Shown here piece after piece: positions 55,579-64,000 of a stretch of 64,000 nucleotides of DNA. This stretch comes from Bacteroidia bacterium (GTDB taxonomy: Bacteria > Bacteroidota > Bacteroidia > AKYH767-A > OLB10), in NCBI GenBank assembly GCA_036274495.1, contig DASUFP010000039.1:11303-75302 (forward strand), given 5' to 3'. The first letter of the stretch is position 1. Each line of letters opens with the position of its first letter. Made by a program: the position numbers and the translations under genes. The notes under the pieces were generated by a model, which ran no database searches, was not told the DNA's origin, and saw only the letters and a list, made by a program, of their open reading frames with translations.

Positions 55579-56802
55579 TCACGTTTCCTGATAATCCAAT
55601 TCTTTTCCGAATGTTTCCGGAAGTGTAATAACACCGGTTAATGCAAGCATCCAAACAAATACACCTGTAACAATCAGGCTGGATGTTAAGGATAAACCAA
55701 ACGCATGTTCGAGCCACATATGAAACGGGATGAGGAGCGTGACGGCACCTCTCATAAAATTGGTGACGGTTGCCGTAACCAGCACCCTCAGATTAGTCCC
55801 GAAATGTTCGGCTGTTGCAGTAACAAATACCGATAAATAGCCACAACCCAGCCCCATAAGAAAAGAGGTGGTATACACGTTGTATCCGCTATTGAGAAGC
55901 ATAAAATGCATAACGGTAACGGCACATGCGAAAACCATATATCCCAGAATTACTTTCTTTCGTGTTTTGAATACCTGGCTTAAAATTCCGCTCGATAAAT
56001 CGCCGGCGGTAATACCGATCTGAAAGAGAATAAAACATTTAGTAAGCAGGAGTCCGTCTATGCCATGGTCGGCGGCAAGTTCAGGGGAAAGTGTTATCAG
56101 CAAACCCACACTGTACCATATCGGGATTCCGATTAACACGCACATAAGATAGGTGAGCGATCGTTTCCGGGAAGAAAACAGGAGTCTGAACGAACCGCGT
56201 GCTAACGTTTTGCTTTTTATAGCGGCGTTAAACATTTCCGATTCGAGCGATTTTAAGCGAAAGAGCAGCAACAGCAATCCTGCTATGCCGGCAAATAGAA
56301 AGGCCTGCCGCCAGGGCAACAGGTCACCGGCTATTCCGGCTGCAACGGCCCCACAGGCGCCTAAAGTGGCAACGAGTATAGTGCCATACCCGCGCCGTTC
56401 AACTGTCATGGTTTCGCTTACCAGTGTAATACCGGCACCCAGTTCGCCGGCGAGTCCAAGACCGGCAAGAAAACGGATAAGTGCATACCAGTTCACGTCA
56501 TGGACGTAAGCGTTAGCAATATTTGAAAGTGAGTACAAAATAATGGAGCCGAACAATACCGTCACGCGGCCTTTTTTATCGCCTATGATTCCCGTTATGA
56601 TGCCTCCGGTCATCATTCCAAACATCTGAATGGCCAACAACTTTTCGCCCGCAGCCGTGAGATCGGGGCCGCTGAATCCCATTTCCTTCAAGCTGGGAAT
56701 ACGGTAGATATTAAAGAGAAAAAGGTCGAAGGCATCGATAAAAAAACCCATTCCTGCTGCCAGCACTCCGATATTGAAAACAGAACCATGCAATTTCCCC
56801 AT
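55579..56802 (-). CDS. MFS transporter
   Basis: Twelve hydrophobic helices. MFS motif GDKKGRVTVL in the loop between helices 2 and 3. Confidence 0.7.
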   Translation of the reverse strand: MGKLHGSVFNIGVLAAGMGFFIDAFDLFLFNIYRIPSLKEMGFSGPDLTAAGEKLLAIQMFGMMTGGIITGIIGDKKGRVTVLFGSIILYSLSNIANAYVHDVNWYALIRFLAGLGLAGELGAGITLVSETMTVERRGYGTILVATLGACGAVAAGIAGDLLPWRQAFLFAGIAGLLLLLFRLKSLESEMFNAAIKSKTLARGSFRLLFSSRKRSLTYLMCVLIGIPIWYSVGLLITLSPELAADHGIDGLLLTKCFILFQIGITAGDLSSGILSQVFKTRKKVILGYMVFACAVTVMHFMLLNSGYNVYTTSFLMGLGCGYLSVFVTATAEHFGTNLRVLVTATVTNFMRGAVTLLIPFHMWLEHAFGLSLTSSLIVTGVFVWMLALTGVITLPETFGKELDYQET

Positions 56803-57681
56803 AGTGCGTCAAATATAAAAGTAACATCTCATTTTCATGGTATGACCCAGGTCATTTGGGATGCAGTCCTTAAAAAGGTATCTTTGAATCTTCAATCAGG
56901 CGAACAGGTGTCATCTCTCAAAAAATCGCTTTCAGAATTCCTTGAAGAAGTAGGAGGTATCGCATCCTTTTCGGGCCGGGTTATTTCCGAAGGCTGGCGG
57001 CCCCGATATGAATGGCAGGAGTTTTTGCGGCAGTGTTACATCATCGGCTATATGTCGTTGCCACTGGTCGGCATTACTGCGTTTATCATGGGCATGGTTC
57101 TTACTGTTCAGTCACGTCCTACACTCGCCGAATTCGGTGCCGAATCGATGTTGCCTGCCATGGTTGCGATTTCCGTTGTGCGTGAAATCGGTCCGGTCAT
57201 CACCGCGCTCATATGTGCGGGAAAAATTGGCTCCAGCATAGGCGCAGAGTTAGGATCGATGAAAGTGACCGAACAGATTGACGCGATGGAAGTATCGGGG
57301 ACCAATCCGTTTAAATATCTTGTTGTTACGCGCGTGATTGCCGCGACCATTATGGTACCGATGCTGGTTGTTATTGCCGATCTGATATCGATGTACGCCT
57401 CCTATATTGGAGTTAATATTAAAGATGTGGTTAGTTTTAAATTATACACCAGCCAGGTTTTCAACACTCTTGAATACAGCGATTTTCTTCCTGCCTATCT
57501 CAAATCCTACTTTTTTGGGTTTGCCATTGGCGTGGTGGGTTGCTATAAGGGATACAATTCAAAAAAGGGAACAGAGGGTGTTGGACATTCCGCTAATTCA
57601 TCGGTGGTGGTTGCCTCATTACTGGTGTTTATAATTGATCTGATAGCCGTACAAATTACTGATGCTTTGAATTTAAATTAA
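56788..57681 (+). CDS. mlaE: MlaE-family ABC transporter permease (the start is probably an internal Met near 56842)
   Basis: Polytopic permease with the conserved MlaE core ...GPVITALICAGKIGSSIGAELGSMKVTEQIDAMEVSG... Confidence 0.75.
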   Translation: MQFPHSASNIKVTSHFHGMTQVIWDAVLKKVSLNLQSGEQVSSLKKSLSEFLEEVGGIASFSGRVISEGWRPRYEWQEFLRQCYIIGYMSLPLVGITAFIMGMVLTVQSRPTLAEFGAESMLPAMVAISVVREIGPVITALICAGKIGSSIGAELGSMKVTEQIDAMEVSGTNPFKYLVVTRVIAATIMVPMLVVIADLISMYASYIGVNIKDVVSFKLYTSQVFNTLEYSDFLPAYLKSYFFGFAIGVVGCYKGYNSKKGTEGVGHSANSSVVVASLLVFIIDLIAVQITDALNLN

Positions 57682-58464
57682 ATGGATACCCAAGCCGTAA
57701 CGACGCATCAAAAGAGTGCCACTCCAGATGAACCTGTTATCGAAGTAACAGGCCTGTACAAATCATTTGGAAGCAATCATGTGCTCAGAGATTTTCATAT
57801 TACGGTGAAACGAGGCGAAAATGTAGTTGTACTCGGGAAGTCAGGCAGCGGGAAATCGGTATTGATAAAATGTATTGTCGGATTGCTGACTCCGGATGCG
57901 GGATCCATTAAAGTTCTTGGCCGAGAAATTACCAATATGAACAGCAACGAACTGGATCTGATAAGAGTACATATTGGTTTTCTTTTTCAGAACAGCGCCT
58001 TGTACGACTCAATGACGGTGCGGGAAAATCTGGAGTTCCCCATGCGGCGGCATTTATCACATCTTTCAGAAGACGAATCGAATGCACTGGTGGTTGAAGC
58101 ACTTGAAAATGTCGGGTTGAGTCATACCATTGACATGATGCCGGTGGAGCTTTCAGGAGGTATGCGTAAGCGCATCGGCCTTGCGAGAACGCTGATATTA
58201 AAACCCGATCTTGTTTTGTACGACGAGCCTACCACAGGTCTCGATCCGATTACCGGAAGAGAGATCGTGGACCTTATGCTTAAACTTCAGAAAAAATACA
58301 ACACTTCGTCCATCATTATCAGTCACGATATGGAGGTAGCACATGTTACGTCCAATCGAGTAATTGTATTGGTTGAGGGACGGAATTATGCTGAAGGCAC
58401 CTTTAATGAACTCAAACAATCCAACGATCCCAAAGTGAAACAATTTTTCAGCTCGGTAACATGA
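57682..58464 (+). CDS. mlaF: ABC transporter ATP-binding protein (MlaF-like)
   Basis: Walker A GKSGSGKS, ABC signature LSGGMRKR, Walker B LVLYDEPTTGLD. Confidence 0.85.
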   Translation: MDTQAVTTHQKSATPDEPVIEVTGLYKSFGSNHVLRDFHITVKRGENVVVLGKSGSGKSVLIKCIVGLLTPDAGSIKVLGREITNMNSNELDLIRVHIGFLFQNSALYDSMTVRENLEFPMRRHLSHLSEDESNALVVEALENVGLSHTIDMMPVELSGGMRKRIGLARTLILKPDLVLYDEPTTGLDPITGREIVDLMLKLQKKYNTSSIIISHDMEVAHVTSNRVIVLVEGRNYAEGTFNELKQSNDPKVKQFFSSVT

Positions 58465-59420
58465 AAAAAAACGCGGTCAACAACATTAAACTGGGAATAT
58501 TTGTAGTAGCAGGCTCAGTTATCCTGATTGCCGGATTATATATGATCGGCAGTAACAGAAATATTTTCGGCAACACCATTCGGGTCAGGTCAAACTTTTA
58601 TAATGTAAACGGACTCATGCCGGGAAACAATGTACGGTATGCCGGAATTGATATTGGCACGGTAGACAAAATAAGTATTGAAAACGACTCGAGTGTTACC
58701 GTATACATGATCATTGAAAACAAGCAAAAAAAGTTCATCAAAAAAAATTCAGTTGCTGCAATCGGCACCGATGGGCTGATGGGAAACAAACTGGTTAATA
58801 TAAATCCGGGTATTGAAAACGCGCCCACCATTGAAGACGGAGATGTTATTGCTTCGGTAAAACCGGTAGAAAGCGATGAAATGATACGTACGTTGAATGC
58901 GACAAACGATAATCTGGCAGCCATTACCGGTGACTTACGAAAATTCACCTCGCGGCTTAACAAAGACCGTGGTATATTAAAATTTATAGAAGACAGTGCC
59001 TCCGCCGAAAATATCCGCCTCGCGCTTGAACATTTCAGAGAGGTTGCTGAAAATGCCAGCACCATAAGTTCGCGCTTAAATAAAATAGCTTACGATCTGG
59101 ATTTAAACAGGGGTGTAGCGGGGGTATTGCTTAACGATACTGCTGCCGCAACACAGCTGAAAAGCACTTTAGCCAGTCTGGATGCCGTTTCGGACAGTCT
59201 GCAATACATCTCATCAGGCCTAAGAACCTTTACCGACAACATCAATCGTCCCGGCGGGTTACTTGAGGCGGTGAGTGCTGACACAAGTCTTGCTAATGAT
59301 GTAAAGTCAAGTGCAAAAAACATTCATGAAGGCACCGAACTGCTTAATGAAAACTTAAAGGCCATGCGGCAGAGTCCCTTGTTCCGCAAATACTTTAAAG
59401 ACAAAGGCAAAAAGCCCTGA
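58461..59420 (+). CDS. mlaD: MlaD/MCE-family substrate-binding protein
   Basis: N-terminal TM anchor and MCE domain (...FYNVNGLMPGNNVRYAGIDIGTV...). It completes the permease/ATPase/MCE operon. Confidence 0.7.
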   Translation: MKKNAVNNIKLGIFVVAGSVILIAGLYMIGSNRNIFGNTIRVRSNFYNVNGLMPGNNVRYAGIDIGTVDKISIENDSSVTVYMIIENKQKKFIKKNSVAAIGTDGLMGNKLVNINPGIENAPTIEDGDVIASVKPVESDEMIRTLNATNDNLAAITGDLRKFTSRLNKDRGILKFIEDSASAENIRLALEHFREVAENASTISSRLNKIAYDLDLNRGVAGVLLNDTAAATQLKSTLASLDAVSDSLQYISSGLRTFTDNINRPGGLLEAVSADTSLANDVKSSAKNIHEGTELLNENLKAMRQSPLFRKYFKDKGKKP

Positions 59421-59422
59421 TT

Positions 59423-60340
59423 TCATTTTGTATTATATTGCTGTAACAGATCTGAAAAATGCGGATGGGTTTTTAGCTGTGTAAGCAAATCCTTCTGACT
59501 TTCTGCAACTGTATTCAGTGTGCTAAGTTGCAAGCCGAGCCAACCGGCAACCAGCTGATAAATGAGAGACGCATTTTTACCTGATGCGCTGATAGCATTG
59601 ACAGAAGCGGCGCCACTTGATTTTGACAGCTTTACATCACCGGCATCTACAACCAGCGGATGATGCACAAATCCAACAGCTGAGAAACCGGATTGCAACA
59701 AGCTATCGATATACAACTGACACGCCGTTGAGGTTATAAGATCACGGCCTCTAACAATCAGGTTTATATTGTAAAACAGGTCATCCGCTAAAGAAGCAAT
59801 CTGATATGCGGGTCTGCCATTCTTACTTCTGATTACAAACGAGCCTGTTGTAGTATTGAGGTTCACCAGTTGCGGACCGGCTAATACATCTGCAAACCGG
59901 ATCACATCACTGTTTGTTGTGTTCAGCCGCCAGGCTGTATCGCTTTGTGTTAATGGAATTCCTTTATGGATACATGTTCCAGGATACGGCCCATCAGGCA
60001 ATTGACTGCGCGAACAGGTGCAGGCAAAAACACTGTTGTGTTGCTGTGCCAATTTCGACAAGAAGGATTCATAGTGATCAATGCGATTTAGCTGGCTCCA
60101 GTTTTTTTGAAAATCATCGGGGCCTTCGGGGCCCTCATCGTAATCGAGATTTAAAAAGTCAAGTGTATTAAAAATATCCTCGACAAATTCCGGTCGTGTC
60201 CGCTCGTTGTCAAGATCATCAATCCGCAAAAGTATTTTACCACCGGCAGCACGAGCAAGGAGCCAGGTTAGCACAAAAGAGGCAGCATTCCCAACATGAA
60301 GATAACCACTCGGGGTTGGCGCAAACCGGGTTTTGATCAT
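59423..60340 (-). CDS. gluQ: Glutamyl-Q tRNA(Asp) synthetase (truncated GluRS paralog)
   Basis: RFAPTPSGYLHVGNAASF HIGH-like motif. 305 aa, a catalytic domain without an anticodon-binding domain. Confidence 0.7.
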   Translation of the reverse strand: MIKTRFAPTPSGYLHVGNAASFVLTWLLARAAGGKILLRIDDLDNERTRPEFVEDIFNTLDFLNLDYDEGPEGPDDFQKNWSQLNRIDHYESFLSKLAQQHNSVFACTCSRSQLPDGPYPGTCIHKGIPLTQSDTAWRLNTTNSDVIRFADVLAGPQLVNLNTTTGSFVIRSKNGRPAYQIASLADDLFYNINLIVRGRDLITSTACQLYIDSLLQSGFSAVGFVHHPLVVDAGDVKLSKSSGAASVNAISASGKNASLIYQLVAGWLGLQLSTLNTVAESQKDLLTQLKTHPHFSDLLQQYNTK

Positions 60341-60408
60341 TAAACAAAGATAGGTGCCGGAATATTAAATGCCATTAACTAAAATCGGGCACCTCAACAA
60401 AACGCCGG

Positions 60409-61623
60409 TTATGCGTGGTTGTTTTTATTTAATGCTTTCATAGCAAAATATGCCGAAAAAAGACATAACAACGCACCGGCAGCAAATGGAATTCCAGGAA
60501 AGTAAACGGGGGCTTTGGGTGAGGTAAACACGGCAAACAAATTGGTCATTAAGAGCGGTCCTACAATTGAGGTGACGCTTATCAGGCTGGTGAGTCCTCC
60601 CTGCAATTCACCCTGTTCGTTGGGCGGAACCTGATTAGCCATAATACCCTGCAAGGCAGGTCCGGCAATTCCGCCTAAGCAATAGGGAACTAAAATGGCA
60701 AACATCATCCAGCCTTTGGAAGCCATTGCAAACAAACTCAACCCAACGGCATAAGTAAGAATCCCAACTGTTACCGAGCGTTTCGGTCCCAGCTTAGGAT
60801 TTATTTTTCTTATCAGCATTCCCTGCACAATGGCTACCATAAGTCCTGCAAAGCCGAGTGAATATCCAACCATGGCTTCACTCCAGCCGAATTTTTCCAT
60901 TGTAAAAAACGCCCATGTTGACTGCACAGCATGGGCTGCGATATAAATCAAAACCAGCGAAGTCACTAAACCGGAAATCAACGGATATCTTGTCAGCGAC
61001 TTTAACGTGCCGACGGGATTTGCCCGTTTCCAATCGAATTTGCGGCGGTGGTCCACCGAAAGTGATTCGGGAAGAATAAAATATCCATACAGCCAGTTTA
61101 TCAATGTGAGAATGGCCGCAGCAAAAAATGGGATCCGGGGACCATATTGTCCGAGGAATCCGCCAAACACCGGACCGATAATAAATCCCAAACCAAAAGC
61201 CGCACCGACGATTCCAAAATTCTGAGCACGCTTTTCAGGCGTACTGATATCAGCGATATAGGCAGTAGCAGTTGTAAAGCTGGCACCGGTTATTCCGGCA
61301 ATAATCCGTCCAACAAAGAGCCATCCCAGCGTCGGGGCCACGGCAAGCAGAAGGTAATCAATACCGAAACCAAAAAGCGAAGCAAGCAGTACCGGTCTGC
61401 GGCCATACCTGTCGCTTAAGCCGCCAATAACAGGAGAAGCCAGAAACTGCATTATGGCATAGGCAAAAACCAGCCAGCCGCCGATGCTTGCCGCTTTGCT
61501 CAAAGAGACATCAGAAAGATGCATGATGAGTTTGGGCATCACCGGAATGATGATTCCCAGCCCTGTAATATCAATAAGTAATGTTACGAAAATGAACCCC
61601 AATGCGGGTTGACGGCCTGCCAT
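60409..61623 (-). CDS. MFS transporter (DHA1/TetA-like efflux family)
   Basis: [11 protein letters not shown] motif A and twelve TM helices. Confidence 0.8.
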   Translation of the reverse strand: MAGRQPALGFIFVTLLIDITGLGIIIPVMPKLIMHLSDVSLSKAASIGGWLVFAYAIMQFLASPVIGGLSDRYGRRPVLLASLFGFGIDYLLLAVAPTLGWLFVGRIIAGITGASFTTATAYIADISTPEKRAQNFGIVGAAFGLGFIIGPVFGGFLGQYGPRIPFFAAAILTLINWLYGYFILPESLSVDHRRKFDWKRANPVGTLKSLTRYPLISGLVTSLVLIYIAAHAVQSTWAFFTMEKFGWSEAMVGYSLGFAGLMVAIVQGMLIRKINPKLGPKRSVTVGILTYAVGLSLFAMASKGWMMFAILVPYCLGGIAGPALQGIMANQVPPNEQGELQGGLTSLISVTSIVGPLLMTNLFAVFTSPKAPVYFPGIPFAAGALLCLFSAYFAMKALNKNNHA

Positions 61624-61678
61624 ACTGCTAAATGTGCGGCTAATTTAGGAAAAGAAGAACCTCCTTTACAAAGAACGA

Positions 61679-62032
61679 TCAAAAAGGAGCCAGCACCTGC
61701 AATTTCACTTTGAACTGCTCAAGCGTTTCATGTACATAGGCTGTTACCTGCTGTTCGTTGCGGATGTTTATGTCGCGCAATTGCGGGTACAGGTTCTCGG
61801 CAAAATGATCAAAGGACTCTTTGATCTGCATGTACTCAGAAAATCTCTCGCGCGCAGTGGGCCCTTCGGCAACAGCCGCAAAGTAAAAGAAGTCGCCATT
61901 TTCACAAAGTCCCGATGAACAAAAGGCCATATCCTCAAACGTTTTTTGTTTGAGCAGTTCCTGTTCCGCAGCCGAAAAGAGTCGCTCTGTCTGAGCAACC
62001 ATTTGTTGTACTGAGGCAACAAATTCACTCAT
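61679..62032 (-). CDS. Hypothetical protein
   Basis: 117-aa ORF. Confidence 0.35.
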   Translation of the reverse strand: MSEFVASVQQMVAQTERLFSAAEQELLKQKTFEDMAFCSSGLCENGDFFYFAAVAEGPTARERFSEYMQIKESFDHFAENLYPQLRDINIRNEQQVTAYVHETLEQFKVKLQVLAPF

Positions 62033-62329
62033 TCAGCGAACTACTTTCAGAATCTCTCTTTCCGAAGAACGCACATGAGCCTTTAGCCGGTTATACCATT
62101 CCTGCCAGGCTGCATTAGCCATTCCGGAAGTAAGCATGGTTTCATACTCGGCTAGTGTTTCAAACGGCGATTCAAGAATTACCCTGTAAGAAGTACCTGT
62201 GAAATCGCTGAGAATGCGATCGCGTTCGGTGCCGGGGAAAAGTTTTTTATCATACGCCTCATCAAGAAGCTGCTTAACGTGACGGAAGTGACCGAATTCG
62301 AGATGAAAGATGTCGCGGACAATGTACAT
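62033..62329 (-). CDS. Hypothetical protein
   Basis: 98-aa ORF adjacent to the previous one. Confidence 0.35.
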   Translation of the reverse strand: MYIVRDIFHLEFGHFRHVKQLLDEAYDKKLFPGTERDRILSDFTGTSYRVILESPFETLAEYETMLTSGMANAAWQEWYNRLKAHVRSSEREILKVVR

Positions 62330-62341
62330 GACTTTAACGTT

Positions 62342-63007
62342 TTAAGGTTTGGTGATTGATGTTGTTCTGATTAACTTATATTGTTGCTCATTAACAAAAT
62401 AATGTCTTTTCACATATTCTCCGAGTGCAGCGTGCAAGGCAGTGGTGTTCCCAAACAGACAAGGGTCTTTGTCGAAGTTGTCCATAAAATAAACCGGCCA
62501 TCCTGAAGATTGCACTGCCTGCTTTAATTTTTCAGCTGAAATATCGGCGTATCTGATACTGTCCTTTGAAGCAGTGATTAGTCTTACAATATATTTTTTC
62601 TCCATGTAAAAAATATCTGCATCATTAAGCTGTTCGGCCAATGTTACATTCCCGATTGCTCGTGTTAATTCGACAAAAGTCTCACCTTCGGCTTTAAATA
62701 AAACGACATTGTATTTGAGCGTATCCGTTTTGGAGTTGTGTTCAGATTTTATCCGAAGTTCGGCATACATGGTGTTTGGAAATAATCCCGACCCGGTAAA
62801 AAAATCAGGGTCCATTTGCGCCAACACCAACTCATTGTCTTTTGAAACACCTCCGCTGTCTGTTACCCAGGTCCAGCTTCCATAAATTCCATCCGGCACC
62901 GCAATGGTTTCACCGGGATTTACCCAATGATTGATACTATAAGGTGTAGTGCAAGCGGCTGACAGAACTATCAGTATACAAATCCAGCCTTTTGATATAC
63001 GGTTCAT
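62342..63007 (-). CDS. Putative lipoprotein
   Basis: Signal peptide with lipobox-like LSAACTT. Confidence 0.45.
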   Translation of the reverse strand: MNRISKGWICILIVLSAACTTPYSINHWVNPGETIAVPDGIYGSWTWVTDSGGVSKDNELVLAQMDPDFFTGSGLFPNTMYAELRIKSEHNSKTDTLKYNVVLFKAEGETFVELTRAIGNVTLAEQLNDADIFYMEKKYIVRLITASKDSIRYADISAEKLKQAVQSSGWPVYFMDNFDKDPCLFGNTTALHAALGEYVKRHYFVNEQQYKLIRTTSITKP

Positions 63008-63051
63008 CTATCCGAAAGTACGAAAACCGGATGTGAATAACAAACGTGGTA

Positions 63052-63963
63052 TCAGGGCAGCTTGATGACATGAGAATGGACGGTAGTTGTGCCTTTGGCA
63101 ACTACCGAATAGAGTCCTGCTGCAAAATCACTGAAGTCGATAGTTGTTTGTGTTTGCCCTTTTTGTAAGCGCTTTTCGAATACGGTTGCGCCGGAGGCAT
63201 TGACCACTGTGAGTAAAATAAAAGTATCCGGTTCGGGCAGCGCAATGTTAAGGGTGGATTGCACAGGAACCGGAAACAATACCATGGAATGTTCGGCTCC
63301 CACTTGCATGACATCTGTAGTGATGGCACAGACATAGGGCAGCGGATTTAATTCGATTGGCAATCCCGGCGTAAGTGTTACTCCTGATAATCCGGAATAA
63401 CCGGGAGCGTATCGCTGAATTTTAAATACCGTATTTTGAACCGGCGTAGTTCCCTGATTCAATACCCCAACTGCCGAGACGGGATTTATATACTTCCACA
63501 CCTGAGTGCCGGTTGAATCTATTTCAAAAAAAGTACCTGAAGGGCCTTCACAAATCAACAAATTTCCATTTGCCTGCATTTGAACACCGGAAATATTTGC
63601 TCCAAAAAACGAAGTGTCGGGTTGAGACGGCCATGTTAGTTCAGTGACCTGCGGTCCGTAAGGTTGTCCGGCAGTTAACTGGTAACCGCCTCCCGGCAGC
63701 AATGGCGGCTGAATAATTTCGATGGTAGAATAGTTTCCTGCAGGACGTCCAAATCCATTGTTAAAGCACATAATGGATCCGCCATGGGGTAACGAATCGG
63801 CAATCCATTGCACATCGTGCTGTCCGAATAATTTCTGATCGAATACCGTTCCTCTCTGATAGGCAAACGGGTTTCCCCAGCGATACAACAGATCGCCACC
63901 GGCACCCGCATTTCCTCCTGAATGCGAAGCTGCTTCCGAAGTGGTAGTGCTGTGATCAATCAC
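63052..63963 (-). CDS. T9SS C-terminal-domain secreted protein (the N-terminus may extend beyond the window end)
   Basis: The C-terminus ...LLTVVNASGATVFEKRLQKGQTQTTIDFSDFAAGLYSVVAKGTTTVHSHVIKL is a T9SS sorting domain. No clear signal peptide at the listed Met, which suggests a start upstream of 64000. Confidence 0.55.
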   Translation of the reverse strand: MIDHSTTTSEAASHSGGNAGAGGDLLYRWGNPFAYQRGTVFDQKLFGQHDVQWIADSLPHGGSIMCFNNGFGRPAGNYSTIEIIQPPLLPGGGYQLTAGQPYGPQVTELTWPSQPDTSFFGANISGVQMQANGNLLICEGPSGTFFEIDSTGTQVWKYINPVSAVGVLNQGTTPVQNTVFKIQRYAPGYSGLSGVTLTPGLPIELNPLPYVCAITTDVMQVGAEHSMVLFPVPVQSTLNIALPEPDTFILLTVVNASGATVFEKRLQKGQTQTTIDFSDFAAGLYSVVAKGTTTVHSHVIKLP

Positions 63964-64000
63964 CCATATCTCTCCAAACTGATGTACACTTAAGATTATT

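Overview
The window looks like Bacteroidetes DNA: several proteins carry type IX secretion (T9SS) C-terminal sorting domains. It has three parts. Left flank (1-8.2 kb): the N-terminal portion of a giant secreted protein with ~80-aa tandem Ig-like repeats, a T9SS cargo protein, two small outer-membrane beta-barrel genes, an orphan T9SS C-terminal-domain fragment, and a GC-rich 115-bp tandem repeat array. Central part (~8.2-49.7 kb): a visibly more AT-rich genomic island integrated at the 3' end of a tRNA-Cys(GCA) gene (49703-49775, minus strand). The last 17 nt of the tRNA recur as an exact direct repeat at 8199-8215. A tyrosine integrase and an orphan Dam methylase lie just inside the tRNA-proximal end, with candidate arm-type repeats inside both ends. 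The island carries a dense set of defense genes: a CoiA-like protein plus a GmrSD-type type IV restriction enzyme; a retron (msr-msd RNA with 12-bp a1/a2 inverted repeats, a reverse transcriptase with NAxxH, YADD and VTG motifs, and an unassigned 288-aa effector candidate) preceded by HNH, coiled-coil and membrane proteins; an RtcR-like CARF/sigma-54 activator divergent from a long plus-strand operon. That operon holds a DUF2130-like protein, an unusual N6-adenine methyltransferase + specificity-domain + histidine-kinase fusion with a cognate receiver-domain protein, a complete type I restriction-modification system (hsdM, hsdS, hsdR) with a prokaryotic viperin homolog, a large PD-(D/E)xK-like protein and a Fic protein inserted between hsdS and hsdR, and a PIN-GNAT-ASCH fusion followed by a standalone ASCH gene. 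Right flank (49.8-64 kb): housekeeping genes (folB, gltX, a cyclophilin with T9SS domain, a radical SAM PA0069-type protein, MFS transporters, Mla lipid-transport genes, GluQ-tRNA synthetase). The most likely novel item is the methyltransferase-histidine kinase / receiver-effector pair. All calls are from reading the sequence and translations; no database searches were run.
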